Shown here: positions 1-8,831 of the stretch, one piece after another | Position numbering within the stretch: position 1 is the first letter of the stretch | How the letters are laid out: each line of letters starts with the position of its first letter | NCBI GenBank assembly: GCA_964544115.1 | Contig: CAZJBP010000001.1 | Coordinates: forward strand, 1 to 60,705 | DNA: 60,705 nt | DNA from: an uncultured Victivallales bacterium | GTDB taxonomy: Bacteria > Verrucomicrobiota > Kiritimatiellia > UBA8416 > JADHWI01 | Reading direction: 5' to 3' | Made by a program: the position numbers and the translations under genes | The notes under the pieces: model-generated | Databases searched by the model: none | Told to the model about the DNA's origin: nothing | Seen by the model: only the letters and a program-made list of their open reading frames with translations

Positions 1-8
1 GCGTGAAG

Positions 9-326
9 GGGGCGCATCCCCGTTTCAGTGCACACGGGGTTGACGCCCAGGCGGGTCCGTCTGCCCCGGCGACACGATCCGCAAAGGGGCGCGGGATGGG
101 CAGCCGCAGGCAGGCGGGCCCATATCGCGTGCCCGCGTTTCGACCCGAGCCGCGACACATCCCCCGGCAGCCTCTCGATCCGATGCGATTCCCACCGGCC
201 GCCCGAGGTCGATACCGATACCGATGCCGACCCCGACGCCGAAAGGACTGCGCGCCAGGCCGCCAGCCCCAACCGCGGGCCTGACACTACCCACACTGCA
301 CTTGCACTGAAACGGGGATGCGCCCC
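9..326. mobile_element. MITE-like foldback element with 24-bp perfect terminal inverted repeats around a ~270-bp non-coding core
   Basis: 9-32 GGGGCGCATCCCCGTTTCAGTGCA is the exact reverse complement of 303-326 TGCACTGAAACGGGGATGCGCCCC. The core contains a hexamer-phased CGG tract (about 203-236, reverse complement CGGGGT CGGCAT CGGTAT CGGTAT) and recurs in inverted orientation at 60405-60705 and partly at 52040-52135. Confidence 0.45.
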
Positions 327-456
327 GGGTTGCGGCGTGCCCGCATCGGGGCTCGACGCTAAGTCCGACGGGCTGCTAGGCTTTGGCGACATGAGTCAAG
401 CTGGCGGGCGAGCGAGCGGGCGCCTCGTGATCCCGCCGCGTGGGAGGGTGCGTTCC

Positions 457-1863
457 ATGGCCACGATTGTCTTTCGCGAGGGGCCTCTTGCCGGCCAACA
501 GCGTGAGGTGCCGGAATCCGGCCTCAACATCGGTCGGAGCCCGACCTGCAAGCTGACGATGAATGATGGACGGGTCTCCGGCGAGCACCTGCTCCTCACC
601 ATGGAAGCGGGAGCCTGGTGGGCATACGATCTCCAGAGCACGAACGGCACGTTCGTCAACGGCCGGCAGATCCAGGCCATGCGGCTGAACGAGGGGGACC
701 AGATCGCCATCGGCGACTCGATCATCCTGTTCCACCTCGGCGCGGCGCCCGCCATCGATCCGAACGCCATCCCCTCCAGCCCGACGGCGGCCAGCCTGCG
801 GCAGGCCGACGCCGGCGTGAAGATCATCGCCCGGGCGGCCGACAACGAGGCGGAGATGAGCCGCGACGACCTCGAAGCGGCGGCGGCCCTGACGGACGCG
901 TACCGCCGCATGCGCGAGCAGGTGGCCCGAACCATCGTGGGACAGGCGGATGTCGTGGAGCAGGTGCTGATCGCCATCTTCTGCCGCGGCCACGCCCTGC
1001 TGGTCGGCGTGCCCGGCGTGGCAAAGACACTTCTCGTCAGCACGCTGGGCCACCTGCTGGATCTCAGCTACAAGCGCATCCAGTTCACCCCGGACCTGAT
1101 GCCGTCGGACATCACCGGCAGCGACGTGCTCCAGGAGGACCAGACCACCGGCAAGCGCGTGTTCCGCTTCATCCAGGGGCCGATCTTCGCCAACATGCTG
1201 CTGGCCGATGAGATCAACCGCACCCCGCCGAAGACCCAGGCGGCGCTGCTGGAGGCCATGCAGGAGCATCGCGTGACGATCGGCGACACGTCGTACCACC
1301 TGCCGGAGCCGTTCTTCGTCCTCGCCACGCAGAACCCGATCGAGCAGGAAGGCACGTATCCGCTGCCCGAGGCGCAGCTTGACCGGTTCATGTTCAACAT
1401 CATCGTGGACTATCCCACCGCCGACGAGGAGCGGGACATCATCCGGCAGGTCACCGGCTCGTACAAGGCGGAGCTGGAGGTGACGCTGACCGCGCAGGAG
1501 GTGCTGAACCTCCAGCAGATCGTGCGCCGGGTGCCGGTCGCCGCCCACGTCATCGACTACGCCCGCGACATCGCGCGGGCCACGCGGCCCAAGGCGCCCG
1601 ACGCGCCGGACTTCGTCAAGGAGATGGTGGCCTGGGGCGCCGGGCCGCGCGCCGGCATCTGCCTGATCACCGCCGCCAAGGCGCGCGCGATCCTGCATGG
1701 CCGGCACCATGCCACCACGGAAGACGTCCGGAAGGTCGCCCTGCCGGTCCTGCGGCACCGCGTGCTGACCACGTTCAACGCCGAAGCGGCGGGCGTCACG
1801 AGCGACGAAATTGTCCGGATGGTGATCGAGCGCCTCAAGCCCGTGGAGAGCATCAACGTGTGA
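457..1863 (+). CDS. FHA domain fused to a MoxR-family AAA+ ATPase
   Basis: ORF 28-1863; ATG at 457 chosen (alternative 391) because the upstream part lies in the repeat element and is Arg/Pro-rich. N-terminus [13 protein letters not shown]...[24 protein letters not shown]...[12 protein letters not shown]...GDSIILF is FHA-like. Then Walker A GVPGVAKT, Walker B LLADEINR and the MoxR-type [22 protein letters not shown]. Confidence 0.85.
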   Translation: MATIVFREGPLAGQQREVPESGLNIGRSPTCKLTMNDGRVSGEHLLLTMEAGAWWAYDLQSTNGTFVNGRQIQAMRLNEGDQIAIGDSIILFHLGAAPAIDPNAIPSSPTAASLRQADAGVKIIARAADNEAEMSRDDLEAAAALTDAYRRMREQVARTIVGQADVVEQVLIAIFCRGHALLVGVPGVAKTLLVSTLGHLLDLSYKRIQFTPDLMPSDITGSDVLQEDQTTGKRVFRFIQGPIFANMLLADEINRTPPKTQAALLEAMQEHRVTIGDTSYHLPEPFFVLATQNPIEQEGTYPLPEAQLDRFMFNIIVDYPTADEERDIIRQVTGSYKAELEVTLTAQEVLNLQQIVRRVPVAAHVIDYARDIARATRPKAPDAPDFVKEMVAWGAGPRAGICLITAAKARAILHGRHHATTEDVRKVALPVLRHRVLTTFNAEAAGVTSDEIVRMVIERLKPVESINV

Positions 1864-2193
1864 TGGTCTGGCAGACGATTCAGCTGTTTAGGCTGTAGGC
1901 TGTTAGGGAGACGAGATGGAAGGGGCGGACAGATGGACTGCGAATGTCTCCCGCCAGAAGAAAGTCGGACACGACTGGATCGCCCTAACAGCCCAAAGTG
2001 GGCCTGCGCCCACAACCTATAATCAACCACAGATTACACTGATGGCACGGATGGGGAAGCCAACATGACAAAGCACAACCCACTTCATATCAGTGCTATC
2101 CGTGTTATCCGTGGTAATCATCTTGTTTTCTATCAGCGATCCGGATGGTTAAGGTACTAATCGTCCAACCCACCTGACGGCCTCTCCCCTACA
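1864..2193. other. 330-bp lower-GC structured spacer between moxR and the DUF58 gene, containing a REP-like hairpin
   Basis: GGCTGTTAGGG (1898-1908) pairs perfectly with CCCTAACAGCC (1983-1993). Second set: GATTAC...CACGGAT versus tandem TATCCGTG TTATCCGTG GTAATC (about 2030-2120). CAGCTGTTTAGGC (1881-1893) recurs at 59165-59177. Confidence 0.4.
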
Positions 2194-3129
2194 ATGAAGA
2201 CCGGGCGCTCACTGGATTACATGCGGCTGCTGCCGGGCGAGTCCACCGCCAAGGTGTCCCGCCTGGAGTACCTGGCCCGGAGCGTCGTGGAGGGCTTCAT
2301 CACCGGCCGCCACCGGAGCCCGCACAAGGGCTTCTCGGTCGAGTTCGCCGAGCACCGGCAGTACGCGCCGGGCGACAACCTGCGGGACCTCGACTGGCGC
2401 GTGTACGGCAAGTCCGACCGGTTCTACATCAAGCAGTACATCGAGGAGACCAACCTCCGGGCCACAATCCTCGTGGATGCGTCCGGGTCCATGGCCTACG
2501 CGGGGGACCTGGCCGCCGAGGTCGACGGGCACCGGCCCTCGAAGTTCGAGTATGCGCAGCTTCTGGCCGCCGCGCTCTCCTACCTCCTCATCATGCAGCA
2601 GGACGCCGTCGGGCTGGTGACGTTCGACACCGGCATGCGCCGCTACATCCCCGCCCGCAGCCGGGCCGGGCAGCTGCGCCAGGTGCTGGATGAGCTCAAC
2701 CAGACCCGCCCGGGCGGCGAAACCGGCCTGAGCCCGATCTTCCACAACATCGCCGACCGGATTCACCGCCGCGGCGTCGTCATCATCCTGAGCGACCTGT
2801 TCGACAACGCCGAGGGCATCATCAAGGCCCTCCACCATTTCCGCTACCGGCGCCACGACGTGCTGCTGCTGCACATCATGGCGGAGGAGGAACTCACCTT
2901 CCCCTTCAAGGGCTCCACGCACTTCCAGAGCCTCGAGCAGTCCGGCGTGAAACTGCAGATCGATCCCTCGTCCGTGCGGGGCGAGTACCTCAAGCGGGTC
3001 GGCGACTTTGTGGCCACGATCAAGTCCGCCTGCAGCCAGATCCGGGCGGAGTATGTCCCGATGTCCACGAAGACGCCGTTCGACGAGGCGCTCGCGGATT
3101 GCCTGTCGCGGCGGCGCAAGAGCCGGTGA
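2194..3129 (+). CDS. DUF58 domain protein (MoxR-associated, vWA-like)
   Basis: GRHRSPHKGFSVEFAEHRQYAPGDNLRDLDWRVYGKSDRFYIKQY is the classic DUF58 signature, followed by ILVDASGSM; sits downstream of moxR. Confidence 0.85.
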   Translation: MKTGRSLDYMRLLPGESTAKVSRLEYLARSVVEGFITGRHRSPHKGFSVEFAEHRQYAPGDNLRDLDWRVYGKSDRFYIKQYIEETNLRATILVDASGSMAYAGDLAAEVDGHRPSKFEYAQLLAAALSYLLIMQQDAVGLVTFDTGMRRYIPARSRAGQLRQVLDELNQTRPGGETGLSPIFHNIADRIHRRGVVIILSDLFDNAEGIIKALHHFRYRRHDVLLLHIMAEEELTFPFKGSTHFQSLEQSGVKLQIDPSSVRGEYLKRVGDFVATIKSACSQIRAEYVPMSTKTPFDEALADCLSRRRKSR

Positions 3130-3136
3130 GGAGTTC

Positions 3137-5653
3137 ATGCTGTTCCAGAACATGTGGTTGCTGGCGGGGCTGCTGACGGTATCCATCCCGATCGTCATCC
3201 ACCTGCTGAACCGGCGGACCCCGCGGACGGTCCAGTGGGGCGCGATTCAGTTCCTCCTCGACTCCATGATCCGCTGCAAACGCCGGATCATGCTGGAGGA
3301 GGTGCTGCTCCTGGGCGCGCGGTGCCTGCTGCTCTCCCTGGTGGCCTGCGCCGTCGCCCGGCCCTTCGTGCCGCCGGGCTCGCATGTCCCGTATGCGATC
3401 GTCCTGCCGCTCGCCCTGCTGGCCATCGCGATGTTCGGCGCCTCCTTCGCCATGACGCCGGCCCCGCGGGCCGCGAGGGTCTGCCGCCTCGCCGCCGCCC
3501 TGATGATCCTGCTGGCCGGCCTGGCGGTCGGGCTGGAAAAGAAGCTCAACCTCGGACGGTTCGGCGGGGCCGCCTCGCAGAGCATCGCCCTGGTCATCGA
3601 CGGCTCGACCTCCATGACGGTCGGCGCGGACGGCACGCCCAACTTCAACCGCGCGCTCGCCGAGGCCACGCGGCTCGTTGAGACGGCCGGCCCGGGCGCG
3701 GAGTTCAGCGTCATTCTGGCCGGCTCATTTCCCGTGACGGTCATCGGCGCGCCCGCCTCGGACCGCGTCAAGGTGCTCTCGGCCCTCGAGGCCCTTAAGC
3801 CCGCCGCCGGCTGCGCGCGGGTCCCCGCGGCCCTGTCCGCCGCCGCCTCGGCGCTCGCCCTGGGCTTCTGCCCCGAGAAGAAGATCGTGTTCCTCACCGA
3901 CGGCCAGCGCGCCGGCTGGGAGACGGACGACCCCAGCCGCTGGAAGTTCGTCGGGGACACCTTTGCCAAGATGACCCCGCCGCCGGACTTTGTGCTGAGA
4001 ACCCTCCCGGGGCCGAAGCGCTTCCGCAATGCCGGGGTGGCCGCGATCGACTTCTCCCGCGAGGCCGTGGGCGCCGACCGCGAGGTCGGCATCCTGGTGC
4101 GCGTGGAGAACACGGGCAGCGAGGCCGTGACGCCGTCGGAGCTCACGCTCAAGATCGGCGAGGACGTGCTGACGGACCGGACGATCGGCCAGATCGAGCC
4201 CGGCGCTTCGGAGTCGATCCGCTTCCCGTACCGGTTCAGGGAGGCGGGGCCGCACACGCTCGTCGCCCGCCTCGCCGTCACGGACGACCTGCCCGCCGAC
4301 GACACCTGCAGCGCGGCGGTCAGCGTCATCGGGTCGCTGCGCGTCCTGCTGATCGACGGCCATCCATCCTCGCGCTTCCTGGACGGCGCCGCCTCCTTCG
4401 CCGCCCTGGCCATGGCTCCCGCCGAGGGCACCGCCACCCTCGCAAAGCGGGCGGGCGGCGCAGACGCGGAAAAGCAAGGCGCCGACCGATTTCTCATCGA
4501 GCCGAAGATTGTGGATGTCCTGTCGCTCCAGGACATCGGACCGCTGGCCGGCTATGACGTCATCGTGCTCTCCGACGTCCCGCAGCTGCCGTCCGCGCTG
4601 GCCCGGGACGTGAGGGCCTACGTGCGCGACGGAGGCGGTCTGCTCGTGGCGCCGGGAGAGAACGCCCGCCGCGACTTCTACAACGGATGGCTGACGACGG
4701 AAGGGAAGCGCCTGCTGCCGGCGGACATCGGCACGCGCATCACCGCCGCCCCGGGGGAGGAGCGCCGCCTCAGCCTGACCACCCTGACGCATCGCGCACT
4801 CCAGTCCGTCCGGGACAGCAACCGCGGCGACATCGGCACGCTGGCCGTCTCGGACTATTGGCTGCTGGGCGAGGCGGCGCCGGACGAAGCGGTGTCCATC
4901 GGAGCCCGCCTGAACAACGGCGATGCGTTTCTGGCCGAGCGCAAGGTCGGCAAGGGAGTCGTCCTGCTGACGGCCTGCTCGCTGGACCATCGCGGCAGCA
5001 ACCTCGCCGGCCTCAGCGCGTTCGTCCCCCTGATCCACGAGATGGTGTACTACCTGAGCAATCCGTCCAGACCGAACCTGAACGTCGCGCCGGGCCCGGA
5101 CATTGCCCTGCGCCTGACGGCGCGTCCGCAGGGCAAGCCGCGGGACGAGGAGGCCCGCGCAGACGTCCTGGGGCCCGACAACGTGAGCCACCCGGCCCGC
5201 CTCCTGATCTCCGGCGACGGCGCGGTGGTGAGGATGGGAGGCCTCCAGCAGCCCGGCCTGTACCGCATCACCGTGCCCGGCGCGCTCAAGGAATGCTGCG
5301 GCGACGTGCTGGCCGCCGACGGCACGGTTCCTTTCGCCGTGGCACAGGAGATTGAGGAAAGCCGCCTGCAGCCGCTCGGGCCGGCCGACGTCGAACTGGT
5401 CCGGAAGTTTACCCGGCTCAGCCAGCCGGCGACGGTCGAGGAGGCCCGGCGGATCCTGACCGGAAAGGCATTCGGCAAGGAGCTCTGGCGCCTCCTCGCC
5501 ATCGCCGCCCTGCTGCTGGTGCTGGTCGAAATAGGCCTCACCCGCTGGATCGTCGCCCGACGCGGGGAGGCCAGGGGCGTAGCGTTTTCGGGACCGAACG
5601 AGCTGTCGACGTCGTTGCGCGCACACGGGGAGACGATCCGGCATGCTGACTGA
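3137..5653 (+). CDS. BatA-N-terminal-domain membrane protein with a vWA-like region
   Basis: In-frame ATG at 3137 preceded by GAGGAG. N-terminus MLFQNMWLLAGLLTVSIPIVIHLLNRR matches the aerotolerance-regulator BatA N-terminal motif. MIDAS-like VIDGSTSM; C-terminal TM helix LWRLLAIAALLLVLVEIGL. Confidence 0.75.
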   Translation: MLFQNMWLLAGLLTVSIPIVIHLLNRRTPRTVQWGAIQFLLDSMIRCKRRIMLEEVLLLGARCLLLSLVACAVARPFVPPGSHVPYAIVLPLALLAIAMFGASFAMTPAPRAARVCRLAAALMILLAGLAVGLEKKLNLGRFGGAASQSIALVIDGSTSMTVGADGTPNFNRALAEATRLVETAGPGAEFSVILAGSFPVTVIGAPASDRVKVLSALEALKPAAGCARVPAALSAAASALALGFCPEKKIVFLTDGQRAGWETDDPSRWKFVGDTFAKMTPPPDFVLRTLPGPKRFRNAGVAAIDFSREAVGADREVGILVRVENTGSEAVTPSELTLKIGEDVLTDRTIGQIEPGASESIRFPYRFREAGPHTLVARLAVTDDLPADDTCSAAVSVIGSLRVLLIDGHPSSRFLDGAASFAALAMAPAEGTATLAKRAGGADAEKQGADRFLIEPKIVDVLSLQDIGPLAGYDVIVLSDVPQLPSALARDVRAYVRDGGGLLVAPGENARRDFYNGWLTTEGKRLLPADIGTRITAAPGEERRLSLTTLTHRALQSVRDSNRGDIGTLAVSDYWLLGEAAPDEAVSIGARLNNGDAFLAERKVGKGVVLLTACSLDHRGSNLAGLSAFVPLIHEMVYYLSNPSRPNLNVAPGPDIALRLTARPQGKPRDEEARADVLGPDNVSHPARLLISGDGAVVRMGGLQQPGLYRITVPGALKECCGDVLAADGTVPFAVAQEIEESRLQPLGPADVELVRKFTRLSQPATVEEARRILTGKAFGKELWRLLAIAALLLVLVEIGLTRWIVARRGEARGVAFSGPNELSTSLRAHGETIRHAD

Positions 5654-8600
5654 ACTCAGACGCAGTGATCTCCTGTCGGCGGATGTCCCGACCCTCGTGC
5701 TCGTCGCGCTCGCGGCCGTGGCTGTGGCAGCCTGGGCCGGCTCTCACGGATTGAAACGCCGGTTCGGGCGCCCGTGGCCGGGCCGCGGCTTCCTTGCCGT
5801 GCGTGTCCTCCTCGGAACCGCCGCCGCGTGGTCGGCTCTGCAGATCGCCGCGCGCTTCCTGATGCTGGGCACCCCGTGGTCGCTCTGGGCCACCGGCCTT
5901 GTCGCCGCGGCTTCCATCGAAACCGCCGCGGCGCTTTATCAGCTGGAGCGCGCAAGGGTTTCGACGCTCACCGGACGGATGCTCCTGGCCCTGCGGATCA
6001 CCCTGATCCTGCTGCTCATGGTAATGCTGTCCCAGCCGGTGCTGTGGTGGGAGACCGGCCGGAGCGTGACCCGCTACGTCGCCGTGCTGCTCGATGACTC
6101 GGCATCCATGCACATCACCGACCGGGCGCTGACGCCCTCGGACAAGCTGAAGCTGGCCTCTCTGTTCGGCCTCAAGGCCGTGCGCCAGCGACCGGAGCTC
6201 GATCTTCTTCCGGGCCGACTGGCCGACATCCGCAGCAAGCTCGCCGCCGAGAGCGCCGGCCTCCAGGCCGTGCCCGAAACCGACGCGGCCGCGTTCAAGG
6301 CCTTTCTCGAAAAGCAGGGCGCGTCCCTCGGAACGTTCCTGCAGGACGCGCACGGGCGCGTGAGCGGCGACTGCGAGGCGCTCGGCCGGGGCCTCGCACA
6401 GGCGGACGCCGCGCAAGGATGGAGGAAGAACCTCGAGGACATCCGCGCGCGCCTCAGCCAGAAGGTCCTCCCGCGCCTGGCCGAAGCCGCCAAACGGGTC
6501 GCCGACGGCAGCGCGGCACCCACACCGGAGCAGCGCCAGGGCCTGCTGCAGGCGCTGAACATCGCCGGCGACGAACTGGCGCAGAGCCTCGCGCTCCTGC
6601 CCCCGGCGCTGGCCGGCATGGACGAGGCCCTCTACCGCGGACTGTCGCCCGATGACGTCAAGGCCGTGGATGAGATTGCCGGCCGCACGCGCGCCCGGAT
6701 TGCGCGGGACGTACTGACCCGTCCCAAGGGAGACGCCGAGGGCATGCTCAACCGGCTGAAGAGCAAGTACGCGCTGAAGTTCGTCCGCTTCGCATCCGAC
6801 AGCGTGCCGACCGATGTGGATGCCTGGCAGAAAGGCGGGGAGGCGTCGTTTCTCCCCTCCCTGTCCAGCAACGCGCCCGACCGAGAAGATCTCCCGGCCG
6901 CGGGAGCGCTCCCACGGGCGTTCCGCGAAACGACGGACCTTGGCGCGGCGCTGGACCGGGTCGCCGGCGAAGCGACGCCCGACAGCCTGGCGGGCGTGCT
7001 GGTCCTGACCGATGGCCGCCACAACGGGAAGGTGTCGCCCGAGGCCGCCGCGCGGCGCCTGGGCACCCTCGGCGTACCGGTGTGCACGGTCTTGATCGGC
7101 AGCAGCGACACGCCGAAGGACGCCGCCGTCGTCGACGTCACGGCCCCCGTATCCGTCTACCTCGGCGACAAGGTCAACGTCCAGGCATCGCTGCGCCTGG
7201 TCGCTCTCCGCGGACGCACGGCCAAGGTCCGCCTCATGCTGAACGGCGAAGCCGTCGACGAGGCGTCGGTGGATGTGCCCGAGGATACGTTCCTGACCCG
7301 CGTGGCCCTGAGCCACACGCCGAAGGACGCCGGCATCCTCGCCTACGAGGTCGCGATTGAACCCATCGACGGCGAGCCGCTGACGGAAAACAACACGTGG
7401 CCGCTGCGGGTGGCGGCGTCGGACAACCGCATGAACGTCCTCCTTGTGGAAGGGCGCCCGCGCTGGGAGTTCAGATACCTGCGCAACCTGCTGTACGTCC
7501 GCGATCGCGCGGTGCACCTGCAGTACGTGCTGCTGGAGCCCGATCGCCTGGAGGGCGCGCCGGCGCCGGACCCGGTGGCGGCCTCGGCCTCCCGCACGTT
7601 TGGCGACGCGGAGGCCACCGCCCTGCCGGCCAGCCGGGCGGAGTGGATGCGGTTCGACGTGATCATCCTCGGCGACGTGGCTCCCGACGCGCTGGACGCG
7701 GACACCCTTGAGACGATCCAGCACTGCGTGTCGGAGCGCGGCGCGCTGCTCGTCGTCCAGGCTGGCCCCCGCTTCATGCCGCACTGGCATACGAGCCCCC
7801 TCCTGCGCGAGTTGCTGCCCGTCCGGTACGCGCAGACCGAAACCTCGTTCTACGCCAGCCCCGAGCCGGCCAGCCGCATCCGCCTGACCGCCGCCGGCAC
7901 GGCGCACCCGATCATGCAGCAGGCCGGCGGCGCGGAGGAGAACCGCGAGATCTGGGAGAGCTTCCCGCCGATCACCTGGCGCCACGCCGTCGCCAGCGTG
8001 AAGGAAGGCGCCTCGGTGCTCGCCTATGCCGAGCCGCTGCCCGTCGGACCCGGCGCCGCACTCGCGGAACGCGGCGCGCGCCGCGAGGACGCGACGGCGG
8101 CCGCCCCCCTGATCGTGGCGCAGCCCTACGGCCTCGGCCGAGTCGTGGCCCTCACCTATGATGAAACGTGGCGGCTGCGCTACCGGAAGGGCGACGTGCA
8201 TCACCACAAGTTCTGGGGCCAACTCCTGCGCTGGGGTGTGGGCGACAAGCTGCGTTCCGGCACGGAGCACGTCCGCATCGGCACGGACCTCCTCACCTAC
8301 CCGATCGGCGCCCCGGTCCGCATCGAGGCCCGGGTGCTCGACATGGACTACAAGGCCGTGACGAACGACTCGATCTACGTCCGCGTGTCCAGCAATGAGC
8401 GGGAGGTCATCCGCCGCCAGCTCCAGTATCGCCGCGATTCGTGCGGCATCTTCGAGGCCACGCTGCCCGCCATGCCGGAAGCGGGCCTGTACCGCGTGGA
8501 GCTCGAAAGCCGCAAGGTGGACGAGCTCCTGACCCGGGAAGGCGCCGCCGCAGTCGGCACGGAGTTCGTCGTGGCCGCGCCCGGCACGTCGCGGGAGCTC

Positions 8601-8831
8601 AGCGAGCTGTCCACTGACCTCGACACGCCCAGGGCGATGGCGGCCGCCAGCGGCGGGAAGGTCGCCGGGCCGGAGTCCGCCGACAGCGTGCTCGACGTGT
8701 TCGGGCCCGGAAGCCGGAGGCTGTCGGAAATAAGGGAGTTGACCCTGTGGGACTCCTGGCCGATGTTGGCGCTCATGGTCCTGATCATCACAGCCGAGTG
8801 GCTGTTGCGCAGAAGGAAGGGACTGGTATGA
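5643..8831 (+). CDS. Membrane protein with a vWA-like MIDAS and a glutamine-amidotransferase-like (DUF1355-type) region
   Basis: Start overlaps the upstream stop by 11 nt. TM helices at the N-terminus, VAVLLDDSASMHITD and LVLTDGRHNG, later FDVIILGDV; C-terminal TM WPMLALMVLIITAEWLLRRRKG. Confidence 0.65.
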   Translation: MLTELRRSDLLSADVPTLVLVALAAVAVAAWAGSHGLKRRFGRPWPGRGFLAVRVLLGTAAAWSALQIAARFLMLGTPWSLWATGLVAAASIETAAALYQLERARVSTLTGRMLLALRITLILLLMVMLSQPVLWWETGRSVTRYVAVLLDDSASMHITDRALTPSDKLKLASLFGLKAVRQRPELDLLPGRLADIRSKLAAESAGLQAVPETDAAAFKAFLEKQGASLGTFLQDAHGRVSGDCEALGRGLAQADAAQGWRKNLEDIRARLSQKVLPRLAEAAKRVADGSAAPTPEQRQGLLQALNIAGDELAQSLALLPPALAGMDEALYRGLSPDDVKAVDEIAGRTRARIARDVLTRPKGDAEGMLNRLKSKYALKFVRFASDSVPTDVDAWQKGGEASFLPSLSSNAPDREDLPAAGALPRAFRETTDLGAALDRVAGEATPDSLAGVLVLTDGRHNGKVSPEAAARRLGTLGVPVCTVLIGSSDTPKDAAVVDVTAPVSVYLGDKVNVQASLRLVALRGRTAKVRLMLNGEAVDEASVDVPEDTFLTRVALSHTPKDAGILAYEVAIEPIDGEPLTENNTWPLRVAASDNRMNVLLVEGRPRWEFRYLRNLLYVRDRAVHLQYVLLEPDRLEGAPAPDPVAASASRTFGDAEATALPASRAEWMRFDVIILGDVAPDALDADTLETIQHCVSERGALLVVQAGPRFMPHWHTSPLLRELLPVRYAQTETSFYASPEPASRIRLTAAGTAHPIMQQAGGAEENREIWESFPPITWRHAVASVKEGASVLAYAEPLPVGPGAALAERGARREDATAAAPLIVAQPYGLGRVVALTYDETWRLRYRKGDVHHHKFWGQLLRWGVGDKLRSGTEHVRIGTDLLTYPIGAPVRIEARVLDMDYKAVTNDSIYVRVSSNEREVIRRQLQYRRDSCGIFEATLPAMPEAGLYRVELESRKVDELLTREGAAAVGTEFVVAAPGTSRELSELSTDLDTPRAMAAASGGKVAGPESADSVLDVFGPGSRRLSEIRELTLWDSWPMLALMVLIITAEWLLRRRKGLV

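Noticed and set aside
28-456. N-terminal extensions offered by the ORF track: 28-456 of moxR, 3008-3136, 8747-8827, 12016-12144, 15925-16014, 45346-46305, 51612-52238, 52298-52600, 26220-26561(-), 38009-38116(-), 46201-46386(-), 51836-51895(-).
   Set aside because: The extensions overlap the upstream gene or repeat elements and are low-complexity Arg/Pro/Gly. Conserved N-terminal motifs (BatA MLFQN..., signal peptides, Cys2 of AsnB, the ATP-cone) begin at the internal starts chosen.
1916-2068. 50-codon ORF (MEGADRWTANVSRQKKVGHDWIALT...) with GGGAG 6 nt upstream, inside the moxR-DUF58 spacer.
   Set aside because: Its A/T-ending codon usage is atypical for this genome. It spans the hairpin arms of the repeat element and has no recognisable motif. 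Kept only as a note within the spacer finding.
5538-8270. Very long antisense or off-frame ORFs, e.g. 5538-8270(-), 376-1758(-), 18168-21794(-), 35885-37153(+), 48061-49923(+), 49898-51916(+), 52481-53743(-).
   Set aside because: They are shadow ORFs typical of high-GC DNA. Their products are Arg/Gly/Ala/Pro-rich with no recognisable motifs, and each fully overlaps a gene on the other strand or frame that has clear family signatures.
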